A DNA stretch of 64,000 bases from a plasmid, in sequence record NZ_LC532224.1. The stretch is one strand, 5' to 3'. Both the position numbers and the translations under genes were made by a program. The notes beneath the pieces were generated by a model, which was not told where the DNA came from, did not search any database, and saw only the letters and a program-made list of their open reading frames with translations. This document shows, piece after piece, positions 29,324 to 40,103 of the stretch (the stretch's first letter is position 1; each line of letters begins with the position of its first letter).

Positions 29324-30364
29324 TTAACTCCCCTTTTCCTCAGATTCAGGTTTGCCCGGGAACATGACGCTTGCGAGAATGCCCAGCGCCAGTACACCCA
29401 GTACAACATACAGGCTGGTTGTTGCCGCGATGCTGTAACCATGATGCCAGATGTGATCGGTCGCATTCAGGCCGAGTTTTGCCGCGATGAAGAACAGCAG
29501 CACGATAACGGCCTTCTCCAGATGAACCAGGTACTGTTTCAGTGCCTCAAGGACAAAGTACAGAGTACGCAGGCCCAGGATAGCAAACATCATGGCACTA
29601 TAGACGATAAGCGGTTCACGACTGACGGCAATGATTGCCGGTACCGAGTCAAACGCGAACATTACGTCCGAGAGTTCAACCACAGCCACACACAGGAACA
29701 GCGGGGTCGCATACAGCGCCGCTTTTTTACCACGGCCAATGGTGACATCGCTGTTTTCTGGTTTCGCCAGTTCAGCATCCACTTCCTTCTGGTTAAGCAG
29801 GAAGGCATGCCCTCTGAGCTTCGGCCAGATAGGGAAGAAGCGTTTAACCATGCGGTAAGCCAGATGCTGGGAGTAATCCTCAATTTCATCATCGTCATCA
29901 CCGCTTTTAAGCATCATGACCGCTGTCCAGGCAACGATAATAGCGAAGACAACTTCAACATACGGCCCCAGACTCAGCAGGCTCGTACCGATGGCGACAA
30001 AGATGCCCCTGAAGACAATGGCACCAATGATCCCCCAGTAGAGAACACGGTGGCGATAACGATCCGGAACGGCGAACCAGGAGAAGATGGCCATCATGAC
30101 GAACAGGTTATCGACCGACAGCACTTTCTCCAGCGCATAACCCGTGACAAACAGACTGGCAACCTCAGCACCGTGGTGGATATAGAGGAAACCGGCAAAT
30201 GCCATCGCAACCACAACCCAGAATACGGACCAGAGCGCCGCACTCTTCAGCGAAATAGGCTTGTCATCACGGTGCATAAACAGGTCAATAAAGATGGCAC
30301 CGACTGAAAGCGCAATAAAAACAATGACCGTTTCAGTCGGGAAGCCGATGTGTGTGGAAACCAT
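29324..30364 (-). CDS. terC: TerC integral membrane protein
   Basis: A 346-aa polytopic membrane protein in the terB-terC-terD position. Confidence 0.9.
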   Translation of the reverse strand: MVSTHIGFPTETVIVFIALSVGAIFIDLFMHRDDKPISLKSAALWSVFWVVVAMAFAGFLYIHHGAEVASLFVTGYALEKVLSVDNLFVMMAIFSWFAVPDRYRHRVLYWGIIGAIVFRGIFVAIGTSLLSLGPYVEVVFAIIVAWTAVMMLKSGDDDDEIEDYSQHLAYRMVKRFFPIWPKLRGHAFLLNQKEVDAELAKPENSDVTIGRGKKAALYATPLFLCVAVVELSDVMFAFDSVPAIIAVSREPLIVYSAMMFAILGLRTLYFVLEALKQYLVHLEKAVIVLLFFIAAKLGLNATDHIWHHGYSIAATTSLYVVLGVLALGILASVMFPGKPESEEKGS

Positions 30365-30386
30365 ATTTTACCCTTAGGGATGTGGA

Positions 30387-30842
30387 TCAGAGGCCAAATT
30401 CAGCCGGGTCGAAGCCCAACGCGATAGCGATCTCGCGGGAGGCCAGTTTCTCGTCCTGATCGAAGTTACCGTCACTTTTCGCAACGGCAATACCAACACG
30501 TAAGGCCAGCTGAGCGGCCTCAGGCTGATCTTTCAGCGCCAGGATGTATTTCATGGTTTCGCCCTTGCCGATTTCAACATCGAAATCGAAGCTTGAAACC
30601 AGTTTATTGAAGAACTCAATCACCTCATTGGTATCGAAGACCTTCAGCTCTTCTGAAGAGCGCAGAAAGCCCATCATTTTCTGCTTTTCTTCCGAACTTA
30701 CGCCGTCACTCGATACGGCAATACGGGCACATACAGCAACGGTGCCCTGCATGAATTTTTTGTTTTTGAAACGGCCAACCTGGCGGGTCAGTTCGTCACG
30801 GCCTGAGTTAATGGCACCTTTAACTTTGTCGAAAAAGCTCAT
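30387..30842 (-). CDS. terB: TerB (start MSFFDKV; upstream extension of ORF overlaps terA)
   Basis: The TerB fold signature and its size support the call. Confidence 0.85.
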   Translation of the reverse strand: MSFFDKVKGAINSGRDELTRQVGRFKNKKFMQGTVAVCARIAVSSDGVSSEEKQKMMGFLRSSEELKVFDTNEVIEFFNKLVSSFDFDVEIGKGETMKYILALKDQPEAAQLALRVGIAVAKSDGNFDQDEKLASREIAIALGFDPAEFGL

Positions 30843-30864
30843 ACCTGTTTCCTTTGTTGCTGTG

Positions 30865-32022
30865 TTATTTAGAACCGGCGCTCCAGCGAAATCCCCAGCC
30901 AAATGCCCGGTCCATTTCGTCCTGGCCTTTGAAGTACTGGTTAATTCGCTCGACTTTAATTGCGCCGTTTTCGTTTACGAGTCTGGCAATGGCGCACAAT
31001 GTGCGACGGTTTTCACCTTCGGTCAGGCGGGTCTCAATGGGCGGTTGATCCGGCACATGAATGGTGACCACACCATCAGTCTTGTCCCAGCTGGGAACAC
31101 CTTCATAAATAAAGGCGTAAATCAGCACTTCGCGGATATGCTTCCATTCACGTCCATTGATATGCAGCCACTCGCCGTCTGATACATCACCCGTCCGGTC
31201 ATCGCCCTTGAGCTGAACATACGGTTCATCGCGATAATCACCGAATGCATTACCGAGCGCCTGAATGACCGATTTATACCCGTCCTGAAGCTCAACAAAG
31301 GCCCCCAGATCCAGGTCGATTCCTTTGGAGCCGAACATGCCTGCAAAGCCTGATTTGCCGCTGCCCCGGTGCCAGTTCAGGTTGATCCGGATTTCACCGA
31401 AGTTATCCCGTTTGGTCAGGCTGATTGCAGGCTTCTCTTTTGTCAGCGATACCTTGCTCAGGCTGATTTTTGTCTCAACTGGCGGAGGGGTTACAACCGG
31501 AGGAGTCGGGGCTGCGGGAGCCGGTTCGTCGGCAATATTTACGCCGAAATGCTCTGCCAGCGGTTTAAGTCCACCGTTGAACCCCTGCGCAACGAAGCGG
31601 AATTTCCAGTCATTATTACGACGGTAAAATTCACCCAGAATTAAGGCTGCTTCCTGACGGCCGCTCAGTTCGACACTGCCGCTAACCAGGCCGGTAGCCC
31701 CTTGCTCCACGTCGATGGAAAGATTACGAAGACCGGACACCGTCTGCCCACCGTCACAGGTCACGGTGAACGCAATTTTCTGGACATCAGGTTTCAGCCG
31801 GTTGAGCGCGACAGTAAAGGTTGAGTACTGGCCTTCACTGACCAGGCTGACGGTACCATCATCGTTACGTGGCTGACCATAAAACACCATGTCCGCATCA
31901 CCCTGCACCTTCCCGTCGGCATACAGGCGAAACGCCGAAGCATCCACCTGGCCGCCCGAGGTGATCCGGACCCGCAACTCCTGGGCTGGAACGGGGGCAT
32001 TGCCCCCCGGCGTCAGGTTCAT
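30865..32022 (-). CDS. terA: TerA (tandem TerD-like domains)
   Basis: The 385-aa protein has a TerD-like C-terminal domain (GEFYRRNNDWKFRFVAQGF). Confidence 0.85.
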   Translation of the reverse strand: MNLTPGGNAPVPAQELRVRITSGGQVDASAFRLYADGKVQGDADMVFYGQPRNDDGTVSLVSEGQYSTFTVALNRLKPDVQKIAFTVTCDGGQTVSGLRNLSIDVEQGATGLVSGSVELSGRQEAALILGEFYRRNNDWKFRFVAQGFNGGLKPLAEHFGVNIADEPAPAAPTPPVVTPPPVETKISLSKVSLTKEKPAISLTKRDNFGEIRINLNWHRGSGKSGFAGMFGSKGIDLDLGAFVELQDGYKSVIQALGNAFGDYRDEPYVQLKGDDRTGDVSDGEWLHINGREWKHIREVLIYAFIYEGVPSWDKTDGVVTIHVPDQPPIETRLTEGENRRTLCAIARLVNENGAIKVERINQYFKGQDEMDRAFGWGFRWSAGSK

Positions 32023-32603
32023 TAGCGAATAACCGCTGAAACGATATCGGAGTGCATATCGTCAATTGTGCGGCCGCGACAGGCATGGCCAAGGGCGGTA
32101 AAGTCCCAGTTGCCGTTATTACGGCGCAGCGAAGAAATAACGATCCCGGTATGTGAGCCCTGCTCAGTCAGCTTGTAGCGAGCCAGCTCTTTGCCGGTTT
32201 GATCGACAACGCGGCAGAACGCGTTTTCGACGTCATTGAACGACTGACCACGGAAGCTGTTTACCGTAAACGCCAGGTATTCAACGTTTGCAGGCAGTCG
32301 GGAGAGGTTGACATTAATCACCTCATCGTCACCGTCACCTTCACCGGTCAGGTTATCGCCACTGTGCACAACAGCGCCGCAGGTGGATTCCAGTTTGCGG
32401 AACCAGATGGTGTCAATTGTTTTACCGGTGCTGTCCATTAATACGCAGCCAGCATCGAGATCGATTGAGTCGTTGCCTCCAAACAATCCTCCAAGAAGAC
32501 CTTTTTTCTTAACCGGATCCCAACCGAGACCGAAATGAAGCTGGCTTAATGCAGATGATTCTTTGCTGAGTGATACCGTCTGGTTCTTAACTAATGAAAC
32601 CAT
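32022..32603 (-). CDS. terZ: TerZ (TerD family)
   Basis: MVSLVKNQTVSLSK...[13 protein letters not shown]. It is the first gene of the operon. Confidence 0.85.
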   Translation of the reverse strand: MVSLVKNQTVSLSKESSALSQLHFGLGWDPVKKKGLLGGLFGGNDSIDLDAGCVLMDSTGKTIDTIWFRKLESTCGAVVHSGDNLTGEGDGDDEVINVNLSRLPANVEYLAFTVNSFRGQSFNDVENAFCRVVDQTGKELARYKLTEQGSHTGIVISSLRRNNGNWDFTALGHACRGRTIDDMHSDIVSAVIR

Positions 32604-32923
32604 GTTTTATTCCTTAAAATGGTAATGACCGAGACAATCAAAGGTATATTTAGTAACTGACGAAGAAAATCATATCATGATGAAGTTCTCTGACAAGGGA
32701 AATTTTGGTAGTTTTCTGTAAAAACACAAAAAGAAATCCTTTTCAGGGTGTTAATTTTCTAAGTTTAATTTAAATATCAATGTGTTATCAGGAATCCAAA
32801 AAACCTGACGCACTCCATAACCACAGGAGTTATAAATCATATTATGATTGACATGTAGCTTAGACACTCATAGACTCACTTCTCAATCATAAATTTGCAT
32901 GGCGTTCCGGATAATTAAAAAAA
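32604..32923. promoter_or_regulatory. AT-rich divergent promoter region between terZ operon and the biosynthetic operon
   Basis: A 320-bp AT-rich spacer between divergent operons, with -10/-35-like hexamers (ttgaca at 32851). Confidence 0.4.
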
Positions 32924-33982
32924 ATGAACAAGAAAATTTGGTTTATGGAAGGTTTATCCTCCCAGCGAGATATTATTCAGGGGGTAAAATCATTTGCAAA
33001 AAAAAATAATTTTGCCATTACCGTTTTTGCCTCCCACCGTAACGAAAGAAATGAAATCCTTTCCGTTGCCGACTATTCTTTGACTGAACCTGAAGATCCT
33101 CAAAAACGTCTTCAGTTTATCCAGGAAACCATTCAGTCCTACGGCATCCACCATATTCATACTGGCCGTAACAGCCAGTGGTTTGAAGAACACCGTTCAG
33201 CCATTGAATCGACCGGTGCCACCCTTACTACCGGTGCAACGGGCGTCGACTGGTTAACTCTGGCTGACGAAAAAGTTACTTTTGCTCAGTTTATGGAGCA
33301 AAAGGGTCTCCCGGTCGTACCATCCTGGCGGGTGAATACGCTGGCAGAATTAAAAACACACCTCGCGGCCCCGCCGTTCACTGACAGCCCGGTATGCGTG
33401 AAGCCGGTGACGGGTATCTATGGCATGGGATTCTGGCGCTTTGATGACAGTGCTTCGCCTATGGCCGTCTTTAATCATCCCGAACATCGTCTGGTCAGTC
33501 CGCAACAGTATATTGCAGCAGCATCAGCTGCTGAGTCGTTTAAACCCCTTGTTTTGATGCCGTACCTGCCAGGCCCGGAATTTTCCGTCGATATCCTCGC
33601 GGATAAGGGCGAAATACTCGCAGCCGTGGGACGCCGTAAGGAAGGGGTTATCCAGTATCTGGTAAACGAAGGAAGCGCCTGGGAACTGGCGTGTGACTGC
33701 GCCAGGGTTATGAAGGCCGACGGGCTGGTGAATGTTCAGACGCGAAACGATGTGAATGGCAACCCGGTGCTGCTTGAAACCAACATGCGTCCGTCAGGGG
33801 GGGTGGGTTATACCCTTCACAGCGGGGTGAACCTTCCTGGGTTATTTGCTGCCTTTAAGCTCGGTCTGATGTCTGAAGATATGGTGCGCCAGAGCGCTAA
33901 AAACACCTTTTCTCCGGTTGCGGTGAGATCCATTACGGATGTAATTGCATACCCGGAATCACTCTCTAACCTTCTGAATTAA
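32924..33982 (+). CDS. ATP-grasp family ligase (ter-associated biosynthetic module)
   Basis: The ATP-grasp architecture is visible, with lid and Mg-binding region (...LETNMRPSGG...) at the C-terminus. Confidence 0.75.
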   Translation: MNKKIWFMEGLSSQRDIIQGVKSFAKKNNFAITVFASHRNERNEILSVADYSLTEPEDPQKRLQFIQETIQSYGIHHIHTGRNSQWFEEHRSAIESTGATLTTGATGVDWLTLADEKVTFAQFMEQKGLPVVPSWRVNTLAELKTHLAAPPFTDSPVCVKPVTGIYGMGFWRFDDSASPMAVFNHPEHRLVSPQQYIAAASAAESFKPLVLMPYLPGPEFSVDILADKGEILAAVGRRKEGVIQYLVNEGSAWELACDCARVMKADGLVNVQTRNDVNGNPVLLETNMRPSGGVGYTLHSGVNLPGLFAAFKLGLMSEDMVRQSAKNTFSPVAVRSITDVIAYPESLSNLLN

Positions 33983-33991
33983 GGCGTATTT

Positions 33992-35134
33992 ATGTCTGAT
34001 ATCCTCGAAGATATGATTTATCGCCGTACCCTCTCATGCGGTACGATTCAGGTAACCCGCGACCAGGGTGAAGTTTCGCTCGATGACCTGTTTGACATCG
34101 CTGAAAGACGTAACCCGAAACGCGCCTTTCTGTTTGTCAGCAAAGTACTCGGCAGGCACATTCCCGTGCCACCCTCAGTCATGCGGCAGGCCTACAGACA
34201 GCTTGCCAGCCAGTTCCCCTCGACACTGACAGGACCCGTACTGTTTATCGGTATGGCTGAAACCGCCGTTGGGCTTGGGGCCGGTGTATTTGATGAAGTG
34301 CGCCACCAGCATCCTGAATCTGTCTATCTGACCTCTACCCGTCACCCGGTTGATGGCACGTTGCTTTGCGAGTTCAAGGAAGAACACAGCCACGCCACCG
34401 ATCATCTGATCTATCTGCCAGATGATGAAGAGAAAAGACGTCGTGTTACCAACGCACGAACGCTGGTTTTGATTGATGACGAGGCAACCACCGGTAATAC
34501 CTTTATTAACCTGCTTTCAGCCCTGCGTAATACCGGCAAGCTTCAACATATTGAACAGGTTATAGCCGTTACGCTTACCGACTGGAGTGGCAAAGCCTTG
34601 TCCGAGCGCAGCACCTTACCAGTCACTTCGGTTTCTCTTGTAAGCGGTAAGTGGGGATGGACCCCATTACCTGATGCACCTGTCCCGGACATGCCGAAAG
34701 TCAACGTAACTTCACGAGGAGAATGGGACATCCAGGGAAAACAGTCCTGGGGCCGACTGGGGATGCTCGCACCTGCGGCCGATCTCGGCCATGAGGTCTC
34801 CGTCCACAAGGGGGAACGTATTCTGGTTCTCGGGACCGGGGAATTCGTCTGGGAGCCGTTCCTGCTTGCTGAACGGCTCGAAGCTGCCGGAGCACAGGCA
34901 TTTTATGGATCGACCACCCGCTCCCCTATCGCCGTTGGTTATGCCATTGAGTCCGCCATTTCCTTTACGGATAACTACGGGCTGGGCATCCCCAATTTTG
35001 TCTATAACGTCGCCCACCAGCAGTTTGACCGCATTCTTGTGTGTACTGAGACACCCGCAGAAAGTATTGACACGCAGCTTCTTAAAGCGCTGGCTGAGGT
35101 TGCGGCCGTCGTGGAGATTGTTACCTATGAATAA
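33992..35134 (+). CDS. phosphoribosyltransferase (PRTase)-type protein
   Basis: RTLVLIDDEATTGNTF is a PRPP-binding-loop-like motif. Confidence 0.7.
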   Translation: MSDILEDMIYRRTLSCGTIQVTRDQGEVSLDDLFDIAERRNPKRAFLFVSKVLGRHIPVPPSVMRQAYRQLASQFPSTLTGPVLFIGMAETAVGLGAGVFDEVRHQHPESVYLTSTRHPVDGTLLCEFKEEHSHATDHLIYLPDDEEKRRRVTNARTLVLIDDEATTGNTFINLLSALRNTGKLQHIEQVIAVTLTDWSGKALSERSTLPVTSVSLVSGKWGWTPLPDAPVPDMPKVNVTSRGEWDIQGKQSWGRLGMLAPAADLGHEVSVHKGERILVLGTGEFVWEPFLLAERLEAAGAQAFYGSTTRSPIAVGYAIESAISFTDNYGLGIPNFVYNVAHQQFDRILVCTETPAESIDTQLLKALAEVAAVVEIVTYE

Positions 35135-35900
35135 ACCCGTTGTTCTGAGCGACCTTGACGACACGCTCTTTCAGACCCGTCGTAAAATGGTGGACGAGCT
35201 GGCCCTGGAGCCATTCCGTACCGGTGCCGTTGATCGCACCCTGAATCCACGAAGCTTTATGACGGAAGAACAGTCCATGTTGGTGGACTGGCTCCTGGAG
35301 CAGGCTGAACTCATACCCGTTACCGCACGGGGAACTGAAGAAATCAGCCGCGTACGGATCCCTTTCCACTCCTGGGCAATCACCACTCACGGGGCCGTCA
35401 TTCTCACGCCAGAAGGCAAACCCGACGAGGAGTGGAAGGCCCATATGCTCGGCCAGCTGGCTCCCTATCAGGAAAAGCTGACATCGATGCAGCGTCTGAT
35501 CACTGAAATGATGGACGCAAAAGGGATCAATGCCTGGGCAAGGCTGAACTTCGAATACGGTGAAACGGCGGTTTATATGGTGATGAAGCACCGCGACAGC
35601 ACCCGCCTTGACGAGCTCAATGCCATTGCAGATGAGATAGAAACGGTGTTTCCGACCGAGGGCTTCTACATCCACCGCAACAGTAATAACGTGGCCTGGC
35701 TTCCCACCGCGGTTGAGAAAGGGCTGGCAGTCAGATGGCTTCTTGAAAAACTTCGGGCTGAACGCGGAGTCTTCCCCGTAATTGGTCTGGGCGACAGCCT
35801 GAGCGATCATCGTTTTATGAAACTGTGCAGCTGGTTTGGCATCCCGCGTCAGAGTCAGTTTGCAGATGCCATTTCACAGCGAATTTTTGGAGAAAATTAA
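35127..35900 (+). CDS. HAD-superfamily phosphatase (true start ATG 35127; upstream ORF extension spurious)
   Basis: The N-terminus MNKPVVLSDLDDTLF carries HAD motif I DxDxT. The start overlaps the PRTase stop. Confidence 0.75.
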   Translation: MNKPVVLSDLDDTLFQTRRKMVDELALEPFRTGAVDRTLNPRSFMTEEQSMLVDWLLEQAELIPVTARGTEEISRVRIPFHSWAITTHGAVILTPEGKPDEEWKAHMLGQLAPYQEKLTSMQRLITEMMDAKGINAWARLNFEYGETAVYMVMKHRDSTRLDELNAIADEIETVFPTEGFYIHRNSNNVAWLPTAVEKGLAVRWLLEKLRAERGVFPVIGLGDSLSDHRFMKLCSWFGIPRQSQFADAISQRIFGEN

Positions 35901-35901
35901 A

Positions 35902-36981
35902 ATGCAGCCACATGACACATTTACCGGCTCATACCAGCCCGGTGACGTGGAATTTCTGCTAAAGCCGGTAGTCATTGAGATGACGCCGGTTGAGCAAAAA
36001 GAAGAGCTGATTCAGTCAGGGAAGAAACATTATTCGGACATGCTCAGTCAGGAGCCAGCGCCAACACAATGGCATCTTGATTTGTTTCACCGGGCGCTGG
36101 ATCGGGGCGCAGAGAGACTTGCAAAAGAAGTCACACAGCTCGCTATTGCTCTGGCCGAACGCTTCGGTGATGAGCCCATTGTACTGGCCAGTCTCGTCAG
36201 AGCTGGCGTGCCGCTCGGCGTTATGCTGCACCAGGCCCTGCGTGACATGGGGAAAACCTCATGGCATTACGGTATCAGCATTATCCGGGATCGTGGAATT
36301 GACGGTGCAGCCCTCGACGTCATTGAAGAGCGCCATGGTACCAGCGGTATTGTCTTTGTTGACGGATGGACAGGTAAAGGCGCAATTACCGGAGAGCTTG
36401 TACGCGCACTGAAAGATCGCCCGGGCTATCCTGAGCAGCCGCGACTGGTTGTCCTGGCCGATCCCTGTGGCTGCTCCTGGCTTGCAGCCAGTGATGATGA
36501 CTGGCTCATTCCTTTTGGCATCATGGGTGCGCCGGTATCAGGCCTGATCTCCCGGTCAGTATGGTCCTCTGAAGGATTACATGGGTGCATGGTTTGCGAG
36601 CATCTCAGTGAATTCGAATGCAGCCGGATGCTTGTCGATACCGTCGCCCATTTCCGTAAGAAGTTAACCCCGTCATCCCTCGCTACCCTGAGCTGGAATA
36701 TGGAGTCAGCCCGGGTCTTATGGCAGACAAGTCGCGACGTTATCGCGTTCCTGGCCGATGAATTTAAAGTGGACAGCGTCAATCGTATTAAACCCGGTAT
36801 TGCTGAAGCAACCCGGGCTGTATTACGTCGGGTACCGGACCATGTATTTGTGCGTTCTATTGACGACCCGGACGTTGCCTTGCTTGTAGGGCTTGCTCGT
36901 GAAAAGGGAATAGTTGTTACAGAAATGGGGGGAACCCTCGGCCAGTATCGGGCTGTAACCATTATCAAGAAGGTACTCTGA
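35902..36981 (+). CDS. PRTase-like protein 2 (start MQPHDTF)
   Basis: IVFVDGWTGKGAITG resembles a PRTase nucleotide-binding loop. Confidence 0.5.
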   Translation: MQPHDTFTGSYQPGDVEFLLKPVVIEMTPVEQKEELIQSGKKHYSDMLSQEPAPTQWHLDLFHRALDRGAERLAKEVTQLAIALAERFGDEPIVLASLVRAGVPLGVMLHQALRDMGKTSWHYGISIIRDRGIDGAALDVIEERHGTSGIVFVDGWTGKGAITGELVRALKDRPGYPEQPRLVVLADPCGCSWLAASDDDWLIPFGIMGAPVSGLISRSVWSSEGLHGCMVCEHLSEFECSRMLVDTVAHFRKKLTPSSLATLSWNMESARVLWQTSRDVIAFLADEFKVDSVNRIKPGIAEATRAVLRRVPDHVFVRSIDDPDVALLVGLAREKGIVVTEMGGTLGQYRAVTIIKKVL

Positions 36982-37937
36982 TGAAAAATCGTCTTTCTCC
37001 CTGGAATCTGGGAGCCACGCTATACATGCCTGCAACACGGGAAGATATTGCTGATGCCGTCCTGCACGGGAAAATCCCGGGTTTGCGCTCTCTGGTGATT
37101 TGCCTGGAGGATGCTGTCAGTGAAGCAGACATCCCCATCGCCCTCAAAAATCTGGAGCACCTGCTGCACGAGCTCAGTAACAGCATGCGTAGCCTGGGTA
37201 AAAATGACTGGCCTCTGGTGTTCATTCGCCCTCGGCATGCCGAAATGGGCAGATGGTTAAAAGCGCATTATGATCTTTCCGCTGTCGATGGGTTTGTGTT
37301 GCCGAAATTTACCCTCAGTTCGTTAGCTGAATGGTGGGATATCATGGGCGGGACTCACCTGTGCATGATGCCAACGCTGGAAACAGAAGACGTCTTTGAC
37401 GTGGTTCAGATGCGCGAGCTGGCCACTCGCCTGGTGGAACATCCCTGCCACGACCGCATTATTGCGCTTCGAATCGGCGGCAACGATCTTATGAACGTTG
37501 TGTCGCTTCGCCGCCCCCGGGACCTGACGCTGTATGACAGCCCGATGGGCTACGTCATCAAAATGCTCGTTTCAGTCTTCGGCCCGCGTGATTTTGCCCT
37601 GACCGCGCCCGTATGTGAGCATATTGACGATCATGCCGTTATGGCCAGAGAGCTGGCTCTTGATATGGCACATGGGCTTGTTGGGAAAACGGCCATTCAC
37701 CCGGGTCAGATAGAGGTCATTCAAAACGCGCTGATGGTCACTCAGGGTGAGTATTCTGACGCTCTGCGGATCCTGAACTCTACCCAGGCCGTGTTTAAGT
37801 CGCAGGGAGCAATGTGTGAACCCGCCACACATCGCCGCTGGGCGGCTGGCATTCTGGACAGAGCTCGTTTTTATGGGTTACAGAACGAGCAAAGCGCTGA
37901 TGGAATCAGATTACTTACCGTGACCCAGCATCATTAA
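36981..37937 (+). CDS. HpcH/HpaI aldolase / citrate lyase β (CitE)-like TIM-barrel enzyme
   Basis: The size and conserved blocks (...LCLEDAV..., ...RIGGNDL...) fit this family. Confidence 0.7.
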   Translation: MKNRLSPWNLGATLYMPATREDIADAVLHGKIPGLRSLVICLEDAVSEADIPIALKNLEHLLHELSNSMRSLGKNDWPLVFIRPRHAEMGRWLKAHYDLSAVDGFVLPKFTLSSLAEWWDIMGGTHLCMMPTLETEDVFDVVQMRELATRLVEHPCHDRIIALRIGGNDLMNVVSLRRPRDLTLYDSPMGYVIKMLVSVFGPRDFALTAPVCEHIDDHAVMARELALDMAHGLVGKTAIHPGQIEVIQNALMVTQGEYSDALRILNSTQAVFKSQGAMCEPATHRRWAAGILDRARFYGLQNEQSADGIRLLTVTQHH

Positions 37938-37947
37938 GGAAATCATA

Positions 37948-39156
37948 ATGGGGTTCAGGTTCAGAAAGTCGATCAACATTATTCCTGGCGTTCGCCTCAA
38001 CCTGAGTAACGGTGCACCGAGCCTGAGTGTCGGGCCGAGAGGTGCTTCCGTTTCTTTTGGTAGCCGGGGGACCTATGCCAATCTGGGCTTGCCCGGTACC
38101 GGGCTGAGTTACCGTACCCGGCTTGACCGGGCCGCGCGTTCCGGAGGTGGAAACCGGACGGCAACCGACCCGGGGCTCAGACAGGCGCTTGAGCAGGAAG
38201 CCGCTGAACTCATGTCAGCGGTAACCGCAATCCGTAATATTCACGAGCTGACGCCGGATCCAAAAACAGGCATCAGCTGGGCAGAGCTGGAAGCAGTATA
38301 CCTGCATAACAGAACGTCGCCTTTTCAGGTTCCGGCACCGGTGCGTCCAGAAAAGCCAGACTACCTTGCATTGCCGGAAAAGCCTGCCGAGAGCGAAGGC
38401 ATTAGTTTTCTGGGTAAATGGTTTGAATCGGAATCAGCTAAAGCTGAGCGCCACGCCGAAAATCTTCGCCGGTGGCAGCAGGAGCTGATTGATGTGGAGC
38501 GTGAGAATACCCTTCGACAGCACCGGTACCAGCAACAACGGACGGCCTGGGCCGAACAGTATGCAAACTGGAAGTTTGAAGCAGAAGAACATGAAAAACG
38601 GCTCGCCACGGCTCAGGCAGATGCCCGGCAGCAGTTCCGGACAGACGCCGCGTTTTTCGAATCATACCTGGCGGGTGTGCTGGCAGAAACTGAATGGCCG
38701 CGTGAAACGATTGTTGCATTTGAAGTAAAGCCGGAGCTATCAGCAGTCCTGCTGGACGTTGATTTAGCTGAGATTGAAGATTTCCCTGATAAGATTTACG
38801 GCGTTAATGCCCGGGGCACGGAGCTGACGGAAAAAGCCATGACGCAAAAAGCCGTACGCGAAAACTATGCCCGCCACGTCCATGGCTGCTTGTTCCGCCT
38901 GGTCGGTATCGTTTTACATACGCTACCTTTCGACAACGTGATTGTGTCAGGCTTTACGCAACGGGTCAGTAAGCGGACCGGCTATCTGGAGGATGAGTAT
39001 ATCCTGTCCTGCAAATGCACTCGCAGCCAGATGTCGTCAGTAAATTTTGCAGGCATAGAACACATTGATCCGGTTGAAGCGTTAGGCGATCACCCGGTTA
39101 TTCGAAAGATGAGCAGTACCTTCATTTTTCAGCCTATTGAACCACTAACCCTTTAA
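37948..39156 (+). CDS. DUF4236-domain protein
   Basis: The N-terminus MGFRFRKSINIIPGVRLNLS...LGLPGTGLSYR is characteristic of this family. Confidence 0.6.
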   Translation: MGFRFRKSINIIPGVRLNLSNGAPSLSVGPRGASVSFGSRGTYANLGLPGTGLSYRTRLDRAARSGGGNRTATDPGLRQALEQEAAELMSAVTAIRNIHELTPDPKTGISWAELEAVYLHNRTSPFQVPAPVRPEKPDYLALPEKPAESEGISFLGKWFESESAKAERHAENLRRWQQELIDVERENTLRQHRYQQQRTAWAEQYANWKFEAEEHEKRLATAQADARQQFRTDAAFFESYLAGVLAETEWPRETIVAFEVKPELSAVLLDVDLAEIEDFPDKIYGVNARGTELTEKAMTQKAVRENYARHVHGCLFRLVGIVLHTLPFDNVIVSGFTQRVSKRTGYLEDEYILSCKCTRSQMSSVNFAGIEHIDPVEALGDHPVIRKMSSTFIFQPIEPLTL

Positions 39157-39173
39157 GCAGGCTAAATCTTACG

Positions 39174-39641
39174 ATGCAATTAAATACCAGACAGGCCCGG
39201 ATTTTTAAGCTTGCCAACTTACTGGGCACCGGCAAGCCCGTTTCCGCTGCCGACATTATAACCAGTCTGGAATGCTCAGAGCCGACATTAACCCGGGCCC
39301 TCAAAGAGCTACGCGAGTCATATTCTGCGGAGATCAAATACAGCAAGGCAGGTCATTCCTACCATCTCGTTAATCCGGGCCAGCTGGATAAAAAGACCCT
39401 TCGCCGGATGAATGAAGCGCTCGCACAGAATGCTGAACTGAAAACCGGTGAGTCTACAGGGAAGGTCGTACTCGATAAGGATAAAAAAACAGCCGTGTCC
39501 TTATCGCTACGCATGCGGATCTTAAGAAAAATTGACCGTCTGGCTGCGCTGAGTGGCTCGACCCGAAGTGAAGCGGTAGAGAAGCTGGCTCTGCACTCCG
39601 TTGACGAACTGATAAAAGAATACAGCGCTAAAAAGTCCTGA
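39174..39641 (+). CDS. terW: TerW-like winged-helix transcriptional regulator
   Basis: A 155-aa protein with an HTH (ITSLECSEPTLTRALKELR) placed between the biosynthetic module and the terY cluster. Confidence 0.55.
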   Translation: MQLNTRQARIFKLANLLGTGKPVSAADIITSLECSEPTLTRALKELRESYSAEIKYSKAGHSYHLVNPGQLDKKTLRRMNEALAQNAELKTGESTGKVVLDKDKKTAVSLSLRMRILRKIDRLAALSGSTRSEAVEKLALHSVDELIKEYSAKKS

Positions 39642-39655
39642 CGCTAAATCTCAGA

Positions 39656-39684
39656 CCGGGGTGAAAACCCCGGTTTTGTCATAT
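39656..39684 (+). terminator. rho-independent terminator after terW
   Basis: The hairpin ccggggtgaaaaccccgg is followed by ttttgtcatatttt. Confidence 0.55.
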
Positions 39685-40103
39685 TTTACCTCTGTATTGG
39701 CGTGACGTAGTTTTGATCTATTCTCCTCCCGCAATGCCAGCAGCGCCTTACTGACTACAAAACCTGGTGTCTTGACATCCTCTTGTGCTACACATCAATC
39801 TTTGGGCGTTTTACACTCCATTCATGCAGATCTGTGATGTATGATGAATTTCATACATAAGACAGTTTATTTGTCCGAGTTTTTTCAGAAATCTTATATT
39901 CCAGTCCGGTCTGAATTATTTTTCTGTTGATAAGAGGCCATTCACATGTCGGTAATTCTATGGTGGTTAACTTATTTCTTTAATGCCGCTTCTGAGTATT
40001 TAATCTCCACCCGACAGATGTCGTGCCGTTTTATCAAATCAACAAACCCTGGCCTCTTCCTGAAACTACTCTCCTCTTCCGATCTCTTAAGAAGGAATTA
40101 CAT

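Noticed and set aside
29441-30307. 288-aa plus-strand ORF.
   Set aside because: It is antisense to terC, which is clearly a conserved polytopic membrane protein; no independent support.
34791-35126. N-terminal 112-codon extension of the HAD phosphatase ORF.
   Set aside because: It overlaps the PRTase gene in another frame. An ATG with canonical HAD motif I (DLDDT) at 35127 is the real start.
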